Part shown: piece after piece, positions 39,648 through 51,903 of the stretch
Numbering within the stretch: the stretch's first letter is position 1
How the letters are laid out: each line of letters opens with the position of its first letter
Assembly: GCA_023213395.1 (NCBI GenBank)
Contig: CM041465.1
Span: forward strand, 160,463,741-160,527,740
DNA: 64,000 nt
DNA from: Cycas panzhihuaensis
Taxonomy: Eukaryota > Plantae > Cycadophyta
Direction of reading: 5' to 3'
The notes under the pieces: model-generated
Databases searched by the model: none
The model's input: only the letters and a program-made list of their open reading frames with translations
What the model was told of the DNA's origin: nothing
Position numbers and translations under genes: made by a program

Positions 39648-39845
39648 AGCAACCAAGTGTAACCAACTACAACTAAGTGCAACCGAGTGGCCAACAAGTG
39701 CAACCACGTGGTCTATAAGTGCAACTAAGCGCAATTGAGTGGTCTATAAGTGCAACAAAGTGCAACCACATAGTTTGCAAGTGCAACCAAGTACAACTGC
39801 AGGTGAAACCCTACGGACTATAGGTGTAACCCTGTGGACTATAGA
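39648..39845 (+). repeat. Degenerate ~10-11-bp tandem array (AAGTGCAACY core) in the 5' LTR of D; shorter counterpart at ~45497-45650
   Basis: Repeated GTGCAACC/GTGCAACT units visible in both LTRs. Confidence 0.85.
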
Positions 39846-40826
39846 AAACGGAAAAATAAAAAAACGACAGCATTTTTGATCGGGAAAACGAAGTCCATTT
39901 TGCACGAAATTTTAGAAGAATATTTTGGTGTGTGTCCTCTACGTAATAAAAGAGAAAAACCCATTAATTAAATGGATTTAAGTGGGTTTTCTTTAACCAT
40001 TTGGAATCTATTGAAGAACTAAAAAATAAAAAACTTGTTGAGGAAGAAAACACGCATTGTAGGGTTTTAAAACAACAATATTTCTTCACGGAGGATATGG
40101 GAGGACACCCAACAACCATAGACGCAGTATGAGGAGCAAGATTCGAGGAAAGTTTGTCCAAAATTACTTTCTAAAGAGAAAGAATGGCTCCAAGACGAAA
40201 TTTCTACATAGGAGAGAAAAAGTGACAGAAGTGCAATGGAACAACACCTAAATCTAATCATGGGGGCAGTGAAGGAGCCCAAGAAGGTGTAGTTGCAGCC
40301 AAGGGAGAACAAAAATAGCCACAGCAATCCAAGAAAGAGACGTCAGCAGAATTCTTCACCAAGAAAAGGGATTTCTTTTGGTTTCGGTAACAAAAACTAC
40401 ATGCATACTTCATTGGCATTGGGTTAAAGAATATATAGCAGCCCGCAAAGTACCCAATACTAATTTCTTCTCTCCCAACTTACTGTAGCAGTCTTTTGCA
40501 TGCTTAAAAGAGTACAAACATAAGGAATTTTGTAAGAAAACTTTTAGATATCTTTAAATTAATGTAATATTATTGTAAATTTGTTATGGATTTGTTTCAA
40601 TTAGATTAAGTCTTTACTTTTCCATTCAAATTCAGATCAAATATTTAGTATCAAAGCTAGTTTTCTTGAAATCCTTGGGAATTTAGGGATTGTTAAAGAG
40701 AAAAGAAAATAAAAACCCTCTTGTTTTAAGTTGTGAAAAGTTTTTATGAAAACTAAATTTTAATATTTGTTGACCGGTGAACCTTTAACTGAACCACTTG
40801 AGAAAGAATGTAGACAGTGGAGGAAG

Positions 40827-43800
40827 ATGGCTAAGCCTGAGCAAAAGATGGAGGAAAGGTTTGTGAAGATAGAGCAAAACCTCAACAGACTAACCCAGCT
40901 TGTGGCGCAACTAGTCTCTCAATAAATTGTAACTTCTTCTTCAATAGCCAAAGGCATAAAGAAGAAAGAAGATGAACCAATGAAAGAGGAAACAAATGAA
41001 GAGATGGTAGAAGACCAATAAGAAGAGGAAGAAGATGACAATCTAGTGGTAATAACACATCCATTCAAGGTAGAGGCAAAACTTGAACTGCCTATCTATG
41101 ATAGAACTTTAGATGCCGAAAGGTTAGATGGTTGGTTGGACTAACTAGAAATATATTTTTCCATTTATGGGTATAAAAACAAACAGAAAATTATTTTTGC
41201 TAGGTTAAAATTGTCTAAGCATGCATTAGTTTGGTGGAATGTATATCTTAAATCTCATAATGTAAATGAAATTACTTTGCAATAATTTAAAATCCTCATA
41301 AAGAAGCAATTCTATCCTATTGGGTATGAAGAGCAACAGAGGATTAAATTGTAATATTACTGACAAGAAAGAGGCCAAAATGTCTAAGACTATACAATAG
41401 AATTTCAAAAGCAAGTTGTTGTGTTGGGCATCTCTTTACTGGGTAAAGACATCATGCTGAAGTATATTGGAGGGCTTCACCAACATATTCAGTAAGAACT
41501 TCAACTGTTTAAAGTTAAATCACTCGATGAAGCTAGCAAGAAGGCGACTGCCATAGAAGAAAGGAACAAGAAGGTTTTTGCTAAGAGGAAAAGGTTTGCA
41601 CCTTAAGAAGGTAGCAACAAACCTGCCTAAGGAAAGAGGTTTCTAAGTAAAGTTGGACAACAACCCATTGGGGGTTTTGGAAAGAAGAAACAAGCTAATA
41701 CCACCTAAATCAAAGTCACTTGTACTCATTACAAGCGAGTAGATCACAGCATAGAAGATTGTTGGTTCCTACACCCAAAGAAACAACCCAAGAATAAGGG
41801 AAAAGGTAAAGCTAAAACGGAAGGTAAAGCTTTACTTAACTCTGTGGGTGATGAAAATGTTTGCAGCATTGAAGGAACCAATGAGAAGTTGATGCTCATG
41901 GCTAATACGGAGCCTAAAAATAACCATCAATAAGTTGATCTAGAGATTAGAGAGGAGCTCTTCATGGTAATAATCCAAGTGAAGCAAAGTATGGTTGATG
42001 CCATCTTTGATGGAGGAAGCCAAAAGAATTTAATCTCAGAAGCATTGGTAAAGAAACTGGGATTAAAAATGCATGCACATCTAAAACCATATTCTCTTAG
42101 ATGGCTACAAAAGGATTCAGAGTTGCAGGTTACTCACCAATGTAAGTTTAAATTTGCAATATCTGAAAAGTTCATTGATGAAGTTGAATGTGAGGTAGTC
42201 CCTTTGGATGTTTGTTAAGTTGTATTTGGCAGTCCATATCTCTATGATAGAGATGGAGTTCATCATAGGAGTCTGAGAAAGATTTGACTCATCAAGGATG
42301 AGAAATCATATCTGATCAATGCATCAAACCCACAAAAGAAGATCTCTCTCATATCTTCCCAATAAGCGAAAAGATTGATTAATGCTTGTAGAAAGTTTGT
42401 GCTACTGATGATAAAGTAAAAGGTTGAAGAAAAAGAGCAAGCAGAGTCCTCAATACAAGCATTGGATAGGAAGCAAGTGCAATAGATTGAAATCCTAAGG
42501 AATGGGTATAATGACGTATTCCAAGAGCCAAAAGGGCTGCCCCCTAAAAGGGAAATTGAACATGAAATCCAGCTAGTTACTGATTTACCTTTGCCAAATC
42601 TTAGTCTCTACCAAAACTTAGTTTTGGAGAATGAAGAGATTAAGAGGCAGATTCAAGAACTCTTGGAATAAGAAGTGATGAAACCAAGTTATTCCCCATG
42701 TGGTTCACCTATTATTTTGGTGCCAAAGAAAGATGGGGGATCGAGAATGTGTATTGACTACCGGGCTTTGAACAAGATCACCATAAAGAATCAATATCCC
42801 TTACCACGAATAGATGACTTGTTGGACTAGCTGCAGTCAACAAGATATTTTAGCAAATTTGACCTGAAATCAGGCTACCATTAGGTTCGAATCTGAGAGG
42901 AGGATACTTGGAAGATAGCCTTCAAATCAAAGCAAGGGTTGTTTGAATGGTTGGTAATGTCATTTGGTCTATGCAATGCACCTGCCACCTTCATGAGGTT
43001 GATGAATAAGGTATTAAGACCCTTCATTAATGACTTTGTAATTGTTTATCTAGATGATATTCTGATTTTTAATCATACTTGGGAGGAGTACCTCCAACAT
43101 GTCGAGCAAGTGCTCAAAGTTCTCCAAGAGCAGCAGTTGAAACTCAATCTAAAGAAGTACGAGTTTGGAAAGTAATCTCTCGTCTTCTTAGGTTTCGTGG
43201 TTGGAGGAGGAGAATTGAAGATTGACCCAGCAAAGATTAAAGTCATTCTCAATTGGCCCACACCCAAGACAAGCATAGAGGTAAGAAGTTTCATTGGTGT
43301 ATGTCAATATTTGAGAAAATTTATTTTCAGATTCTCTCAAATTGCAGTACCCCTTCATGCATTAATGAGAGGACATGCAAAGTTTCATTAGGAGAATGAA
43401 CAAGAAAAAGCTTTTAAGCTTTTGAAGTAGAAAATTTATAAGGCACCAGTGTTAGCTTTAGCCTCATTGAAGAAACCATTTGAATTGGAGACTGATGCTT
43501 TAGGCTATGCCATGGGAGCAGTGTTAAAGCAAGAAGGAAGACCGATAGCATACCATTCAGAGACATTTAATGGAGCTATCATAAACTACCCAACTTACGA
43601 TAAGGAGCTCTATGCATTGCACCAAACAGTGAAGCATTGGAGACCATATTTGTTGGAAAAAGAAGTGGTCATCCACACCGACCACAAGCCTTTGTAATTC
43701 TTACAAACTCAATCCAAATTGCAATAGGCTAGGCACATGAAGTGGATGTCCTATTTGCAGTAGTTTCACATTGTAGTTAAGTACAAGAAAAGAATGACAA

Positions 43801-45350
43801 ATAAAATTGCAGACTTGTTGTCAAGACCTCCTCAACAGCAAGGTATTTCTCGTTTGTTGGTAGCTATGCAATGTCAACCTTTCTTCCATGATGAATATAT
43901 TGATTTATACTTAAAAGATGAGGCATTCAAGCCTATCTTTGAGCAGCTATAACAAAGAAAAGTAGTTGCTGATTTCCAGCTAAAAGATAGCCTTCTTTTC
44001 AAGTAAGACAAGCTTTATATTCCAAAGCATGCAGATCGAATGAAGTGGGTAAGAGAAGCTGACACCTCTCGAGTTGCAGGACACTTTGGAGTGGGAAAGA
44101 CATTGCTGAACTTGTAGCGATATATGTATTGGCCAAATATACAACAAGATGTGACTACGACAGTACGAGGTTGTACATTATATAGCACATCAAAGCCAGC
44201 TAATAGGAAGTTTGGATTGTACATTCCACTTCCTATTCCATCACGATCATGGGAGAGTATCTCCATGGATTTCCTCAAAGGACTACCATGAACCAAAAAT
44301 GGTATGGATTATTTGTTTGTAGTTATTGATCGGTTCAGTAAAATGGTGATGTTGATTCCCGGTAGAAAGACACATACAGGAGAAGACATAGCTAGATTAT
44401 TTTTCCAACATGTTTGGAAGCATTTTGGACTTCTTAACTCAATCATTTCTAGTCGAGACAACATATTTCTAAGTCATTTTTGGCAAACACTTTGGGGAAT
44501 GATGGATATAAAGCTAAATATGAGCATGGTTTTTCATCTTCAAACAGATGACTAGACTGAAATTGTTAATAGGACATTGGTAAAGTTGTTACGAGGATAT
44601 AATGCCAAGCATCCTAAGACTTGGGATGAAAGTCTCCCATACTTACAATTTGCCTTCAGTAGAGCTATCCATAGCTCAAACCAGAAATCACCATTTGAGG
44701 TATGTTTGGGATTTCTTCCTACAAGTCCTTTTAATCTAGAATTTTCTACTCAACTTTCTGCAAGAAATGGAAAGGAGGAAGAAGGAGATGAAAAGGCACA
44801 AAGATTCTTGGAAAGAATAAAAAAAATCCTTCAATAGGTTGAAAAGCAGCTTCAAAAATCTCAACAGAGATACAAATAGAGGCATGATGCATATAGAACC
44901 AGCTATTTCTTTAAGGAAAGAGATAGAGTTTGGTTGCACCTCAGTAAAAAAAACTTGTAAGGTGAAGGCAAAAAGCTAAAGCCTATACGTTATGGTTCTT
45001 TTTCAATCTTGAAGAAAATTGAGGAAAATGCTTTCCAGCTTAAACTTCTAGAATTCATGAAGATGTATTCCATAGTGAATGTTGAAAATCTAAATATGTT
45101 CAAGCCATCCATGTTGGATGAAGATGAAGATGAAGTTCCACTCTTACCAAATCCAGAGGAGTTACGAATAGAGAAAGATGAACCAATGCAAAATGATTAC
45201 ATTCTTCAAAGGAAGCAGGCCAAGACTCGAAGAGGTATAATTGAGTCCTTCAGAATTAGAAAAAAAAGGACAAGTACCCAGCAAGGCAAAATGGTACAAT
45301 AGGGAGATAGGAAAAATCAAATTCCCTTATCTACAACTAAAAAGTTCGTG
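40827..45350 (+). pseudogene. Gypsy gag-protease-RT-RNaseH-integrase-chromodomain, pseudogenised
   Basis: Protease 'AIFDGGSQKNLI..KPYSLRWL'. RT 'FGLCNAPATFMRLMN..VYLDDILIF'. RNaseH 'ETDALGYAMGAVL..YPTYDKELYAL..TDHKPL'. Integrase 'FVVIDRFSKM'. Confidence 0.95.
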
Positions 45351-46689
45351 AGGCCATGAACTCCTAAAAAAGGGGAGTTCTGATTCATTTTTGGATCTTT
45401 AATATCATAATACTGTTAAAATGCCTTATTTTTCATATTTATAACTTTCATTTAATAGAAAATTTCCTTCAAATGCTTAAAAAATGCAAAAAAAATAAGT
45501 GCAACCAACTATAACTAAGTGCAACTAGGTGGCCTACAAGTGTAACTAAGTGCAACCGGATCGTCTACAAGTGCAACTAAGTGCAATTGAGTGGTCCACA
45601 AGTGCAACAAAGTGCAACCATGTAGTTTGCAAGTGCAACCCTACGGACTACAGAAAATAGAAAACAGGAAAATAGAAAAATAGCAACATTTTTTACGGAG
45701 AATATTTTAGCACGTATCCTGTACATGATAAAAGAGAAAAACCCATTAATTAAATAGATTTAAGTGGGTTTTCTTTAACCATTTGGAATCCGTTGAAGAA
45801 CTAAAAAATAAAAAATTTGTTGAGGAAGAAAACACGGATTGTAGGGTTTTAAAAGAATGATATTTCTTCACAGAGGATATGGGAAGACGCCCAACAGCCA
45901 TAGACACAGTACGAGGAGTAAGATTTGAGGAAAGTTTATCCAAAATAACTTTTCGAAGAGAAAGAACGGCTCCAAGACAGAATTTCTGCGTAAGAGAGAA
46001 AAAGTGACAGAAGTGCAACAGAACAACACACAAATCTGATCATGGGGGTAGTGAAGGAGCCCAAGAAGGTGTAGTTGCAGTCGAGGGAGAACAAAAATAG
46101 CCGTAGCAGTCCAAGAAAGAAACACCAACGGAATTCTTTACTATGAAAAGGAATTTCTTTTGGTTTTGGTAACCAAAACTCTATGCATACTTCATTGGCA
46201 TTGGGTTAAAGAACATGCAGCAGCCCGCAAAGCGCCAAACACTCATTTCTTCTCTGCCAACTTGCTGTAGTAGTCCTTTGCATGCTTAAAAAGCACAAAC
46301 ATAAGGAATTTTATAAAAAAAAATTTAGATATCTTCAAATTAATGTAATACTATTATAAAGAAAGAAAATTATATAACTATATAACTAACAAAGAAATTT
46401 TTGATGAAATGAGAAAGTTATAAGGCTATAACTTGAAGAAAAATAAAATAAAACCTATTTTAAGCAAGGTATGTAGACCACATAAGGGAAAAACATCTAG
46501 AATAAAGTAGAATGATGACTAAGTTTACCCTAGTATTCCCTTTTATAGGGGCATTTTAATGGTTGTCCAACTTTTTACATACTAAGGTTAGTCAAGATTG
46601 GGGGCAAGTCATCATAGTAACATTTTTCTTCTCTAGAACTAAGATTGTACTTATTTGACCCCACGGTCTAAACTCACAATAGCCTAATC

Positions 46690-49040
46690 TAAAGTTATTG
46701 ATGAATAAATGAATGAGCTTAACTTAACATTGAATAATATGTCTAATAAAAAAAGTATTAAAGCCTGTAGTTTTACCTATAAAATTTATAAGAAAGTTAA
46801 GGATTATACTAATCTTATTATCCTGAATATGTATAAGGAATATATAGCCATAGTTACCTTAGATGTCAATATCAATAAGGGAAATATTAAAATTTCCCCT
46901 AAAGGAACAATTTATGAACTTATTATAAAGTATAGGCCCACAACCTTACTTACTGTCTTGTATATAATCTTGGCCAGGGAAATAGCTTAAAGAACTAAAC
47001 ATACCCTCTAACTATTATTTAATTATTACAACTAGTATTTATTTAAGGTAGATATAGTGTAAACAAATCAATACACTATTTGGGAGCATATATAATAGGT
47101 TAGAAATATGTTCCAATAAATACTAATCACAAAAGTAGACTTTGAAAAATCTAATAATATTTTCAAATGGTTATTTATTTGTTCTAGCTCAAATTCATTG
47201 TTTTTAAAGAAAGCTTTATGTATATGATTAATGTTTTATTTACTAATGTGTCTACATGTATCTCCTTGAATGGAACCTCATCTAGACCTTTGGAGTTTCA
47301 TAAATGTGTTAGGCAAGAATGCCTTATTGCTCCTATTCTTCATGTACTAGTTGTAAGTTTCCTCATCTACCTTCTCACTACTAGTATATATAAGGGTTTA
47401 ATTAAAGTCATACCTCTTCCCAGGGATTCAAGCTAATAGATGACCAATGGCTCATTGGTTAATGATTTTTTCATCACTATTAGAGTTAAGTAGAATGTTG
47501 ATAATTAGACCATACACGCCATGCAAAAATTTCTATTTTATTGGAGGTCTAATATTCAACATAGGAAGATAATTCCATGTCTCTAATTACCTACAAACAA
47601 ACCAAATTTAGTAAATAGAAATGAATGATCTTAGATCAACATAAATGAGATATTTAAATTTCTAGGCAACTTCATTGGTTTATGCCTCCCTCTACTCTAT
47701 GTGGGATTGCATTCTAGTAAGAGTCGGGAAAAACTAAAACAACTAGGACACCGAGATCTTGCCTTTTGTTGACATATATTAAATATATATCAAGGTCTTA
47801 TTAGTCTCTCATGTTTACTATTCTTGCTTAGTCCATTCCAAATTAGCTTATTTTAAGCTAACCAAATTCTTTAGAATCTTCTTATGGGTTTTAAGAGGAA
47901 GGAAGAAAGGTTACCCTAAAGTTTCATAGGTGATAGATATGTTGTACACCCAAAAAGAAAGGATGAATATGCATCATAATCATCTAGAAGCAAAGATTTA
48001 TATTGTGGGTTGAGTTGCTAGTTAGAGCTAGAGAAGGCAAAGAAGCTTGAAATATCCTAATTTAGAACAACAAAAATTAGGGGAAACACATAAGACTAAA
48101 TAGAATTTATATCCCTATACAATTTTATCTTACAATCCCATTCCCTATCAATTTTTTTTGTTCAGTTATATTTAGAGGGATTTTGTTAGGTATGGGGAAT
48201 GCGTAAACAATACCTTACATGGAAACCTGATTAATTGAGGAGGAAACCCTCAACTTTGTGGTTTTCATATCTTGATGAAGGAGAGAAAATGTTTTGGGTT
48301 AGACCCCATGCTTTGAGGACAAAAGGCTAACAACAAGAAGCCAATGACTTATCAAATAGTTCTTTGATTGTTCTAGGGAATAGTGGAGCTTGTGGCCTAC
48401 TCTAAAGTCCTCATTCAAGCATAAGAACTATGACAGATTTATAGTCGAGGAAATTTGGAACATTCTCACTACAAAAGTTGCGCATGACCTTATTATGCAT
48501 ACTTCTTCATACCCATAGGAGAAGAATTAGGGTTGGCACTATGCTAAAAGATTTACCAAGTTTTCCACTTCACGTTTACACAAATCAATTCTCAAAAACC
48601 CTTCCATTTTTATTAGGTTGAACAAAATATAAAAATGTGTTAGCATTGAAATGGTATGGCCTAAAAGGCTATGACAAGCTTATTTGGAGCTTCCTTATTT
48701 TTTTCCTAGCGTGGAACGGCCCCTCATGCATACCCATCATTTGGTGAAGACAAGGTTGGCCAAAGTATTATTGGTTTGTTACATGGAGGAGAAACTAATG
48801 GATACGTTCTAGTGCTGTTTTTGCATAAGATGTTTGATACTGGGTTGAACAATTGGTCAAACCTTATTTACTTAAAACCTATTGGGTTAAAATGCAATTA
48901 TCCTCGAAGAGCGAGAACAGAATTTGCCGTTTGCTCGGGATAAACTTAAGGCAGGAACCCTACAAACCATATGGAGGTATCCAAATCTAGTGGCACCCGC
49001 TGAGGCCTCTCCCTCAAACCTTTCTGCTGATGATATGTAA
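46690..49040 (+). mobile_element. 5'-truncated degenerate L1-type LINE (RT plus C-terminal zinc-binding region)
   Basis: 'YRPTTLLTVLYIILAR' (46930-46978), 'KVDFEKS' ~47132, 'VRQECLIAPILHVL' ~47308. zf-RVT-like region ~48770-48840 and 'LQTIWRYPN' ~48960-48986. Confidence 0.8.
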
Positions 49041-50220
49041 GATGTCTGTCTTGGGTAATCGTTCCTCGTAGATTAGCGCTTAAACTTAGAAGGATTAGAC
49101 GGATACCGAGAAAATGGTCGGCCCTGTCATCTTCCTCCTGGCCTTATCAGTACATTCACGCCATTCAATGGATTGAGTCATTCCCATTCATATCGGGGAA
49201 TACCTCACCCCTCGGATGCCGTGAACAGAGTCATACGATAAGCGTGGCCGTTTTCTGTTCTTCCGCCCGTTATACGTACGGGCAATACAATTCCTTTTTA
49301 CAAGCCCAGCCTGAGCCGTTTCCGGACGGCCCGGAACGAACAGTTATTTCAGATGCCGATGCACAACCGTTACGTGTCGGTTTCGTGGCATGGAAAAGGT
49401 ATTCCGTGCTACATTCATTTCTGCTCTGCATCTTTTACTTTCCTCAGAAGGAACCAGGATTTGGTTGTATTAATGGCGCCGCATCTCTGGGAAATACCGA
49501 TTACACGAATAGAACTGAATGGTCTCAATACATGATATAATATGGGTTTTCTGTTTACACTGTCAGAGTAGCGCCTGCAGGCTTCCCAATCCGGACATTG
49601 CAGAAACAGTACGTTGCAGAGAGAGACCAGAAGGTATTAATGAAGGAATCTCAATCGCTATTTTTTATTAGGAAACGGATCGTTCATTTGTGGCAGAGCG
49701 GAGTCAGGGTGCGGGAGCTTTGACGGAACACTGCCGAATTGCAGAGGGGAATGCGTGCTTTTAACTATGGATACGCTTCGGTTTCGATCTGCACAAATAA
49801 TTATTATGGTATCCTAACGTGCCTATAGAATAGCCATACCCTTTCACGACATAATTTATAATATAAGATTGTGTATTGAGGTAATGATGGCCCGGGGCAT
49901 AATTTCAGTATTGAAAACATTGGGTTTCGCATCTCTTTCTTCGTTCCATACATCGGATCCTCTCTTGAAGTTTGTATGGGGATTTTCACGTCAAATCTGG
50001 AATGAAATCGAGGAAGGTGGATTTTGAAAGTTTTAAAATCGAATAAAGTGTCAGGTGCAATGCTAGGTTTTCCTAGGGTTTGCCCATTAGTTTGAAACCC
50101 ATGACATGGTGACGGGCCTGTGTTTCTTGTCAGTGAAAAGCCACTACGGGTTGAGTTCGGTTTTGTAGCTAGAGCCATAAATGTGTTGGACGGTTGGGTG
50201 CACATCTAATGTGGTGCTCA
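49040..50220. promoter_or_regulatory. CpG-retaining unique island, putative unmethylated regulatory or ncRNA region
   Basis: CG dinucleotides are frequent here and nearly absent elsewhere. No TE motifs recognised. Telo-box TAGGGTTT at 50074-50081. Confidence 0.45.
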
Positions 50221-51903
50221 GTGTTAATACCTTTTTTCTAGGACACAAATTTGTTAGACATGAGAAGCCTTTAACAAGAAGCGTTTATTCCATCCAAATG
50301 GTGTGTTCATGACATGGGCTTCTTTCACTGGAAAAGCGTTGGATAACGAAGATTCATTATGTCCAAATGATCTAAAGATTGAACCTAGCCTCTCTTTTAC
50401 TTAATAATTTGATGGGAATGATTCAATCCAACTTTTTGAATCTAGAACAATATCTTGGGTAAGAGTCTATCCCTTGAGGACGAGGTAAGAGTAGATGCTA
50501 GATCTTAGGCTTAAAAATGAAATGAGTAGTCTTAATGACCTTAAAACTATACCCTTTAAACTATTTATTCATAAAATAGTCAATGCACAAACTATAAAAG
50601 AACTCAATGCAATTAAGAAATTATTTAGGAATAGAAGCTGTAATGTGGTATGGAAAGTGTAAGTATAGTATTAAGTATTATATCTTAAGAAAAGAAAAAA
50701 AAAGAAAGTCCAAGGGGAAAAGCCTCATGGAAGAAAGATACAAATCTCACCAACCATGGATGATGGACATAACTTCAAGGGTTTGAGACAAATTAGAACA
50801 TGATATGATGACTAAGAGTTGACATCATTTGTAGTCCTTTCATAAGAAAATGTTTTTAGATAACTATTTGAGTTTGATTATATGTAAGTTTTAATAATGT
50901 AATTAGATTTGATTTTGTATTTTATGTTATTCAAAGATGACATATTATTGGGTGTGGTCTAGTGGTGTGTGGTTTCTCCTACTCTGCTCATGACACACTA
51001 GTACTAGATAGAATTACACATAAATGTTATCGAATGTTAAATAAATTTTTTTATTTTGTAGATATCATTACATAATATTAGAGTGCATTTATAGGTTTGG
51101 ATTTCTATCTTTTTATTTTTTAAAATGAAATGACACCAAAGTTAAAAGCTCTAACTATGTAAGTGTGTTTGACTAGTATATGTTATTTAACGATGCAATG
51201 TCTAGCTCCTCCTTTTTTCACCTTTTTTCGAAAGAAGGCAAGCTAATAGCTAATCATTCATTGCAGTGAAAGAGAGGGGACAACTCTGCTAGGGTTTTGC
51301 CCTCGCTCCTTAGTGGCACCTTTTTTGCATTTTCAATTGTCATCGCATGCTTGGACAGATTATCATTACAATGTTCCATCAAGGGTATCAAAGCCTATTT
51401 TTTGTAGGAAGCTGTGAAACGATGGGTCAAAGAGCAGTGGTAGATTTATAGATCCAGAGATAATTCTAGTTAGATCATTCACCAGAGGAACTCTGCATAT
51501 ATTCTACTTTTTACCAGCTCCTCCCAGGGCATAGAGGAGACCATGTGAGTAGCTTGCAACCTTCCTTTCGAATGTGAGTGGTTTTAGGGCGAGACTCTTC
51601 TATTATTAAATCTCTATAATCAAGGTTGCATGTTGTTACATGCTTTTACATATGACTTCCTCACATTAGATCTGCACTGAAAGACCCAGATTTAGAGATC
51701 TCCTTGTTCTCACTCTACAAATAGGAGTGCATGCTACTGCATGTTGTTGCATTGGGTTGCATACGACGTCACTATGCATGCCTTCGCTTAGATTCGCAAT
51801 TGGACACCTATAACTAGAGGTAAGCTTATTGATTTTAAAATTTTTCTCATATTAAGCAATACATGGAGTTTTTTTATTATTTTTCTTTAGTAGTTTGACC
51901 TTA

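Larger units (their letters stand above)
39529..46360 (+). mobile_element. Ty3/gypsy chromovirus element D (CRM-like), 3' LTR truncated at its right end
   Basis: ~1.1-kb LTRs 39529-40639 (TGATC...GATCA) and 45381-~46360. PBS TAGTATCAAAGC at 40646-40657. PPT AAAAAAGGGGAG ~45366-45377. Confidence 0.92.

Noticed and set aside
39648-39845. CRISPR-like repeat array
   Set aside because: Contiguous degenerate minisatellite with no unique spacers, inside a plant LTR, and no cas genes.
49006-49110. miR477-like CTCTCCCTCAAACCTTTCTG with a weak complementary arm near 49086-49105
   Set aside because: Several central mismatches to the family as recalled, poor star-arm pairing, and it lies in the LINE ORF2 tail.
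49244-49540. 98-aa ORF, plus 133-aa minus-strand ORF 49804-50205, in the CpG island as host genes
   Set aside because: No recognisable domain, the first starts at GTG, and the apparent GT-AG intron 49399-49447 is only 49 nt. Longer chance ORFs are expected at higher GC.
50061-50100. Telomerase RNA template candidate (rc CAAACCCTAG)
   Set aside because: Only a single telo-box, shorter than a template, and no USE/TATA Pol III promoter seen.
50950-51010. tRNA/SINE A-box TGGTCTAGTGG
   Set aside because: No B-box or cloverleaf downstream.
50250-51200. hAT-like transposase 3' end
   Set aside because: Only vague compositional resemblance; no diagnostic motif or terminal inverted repeat found.
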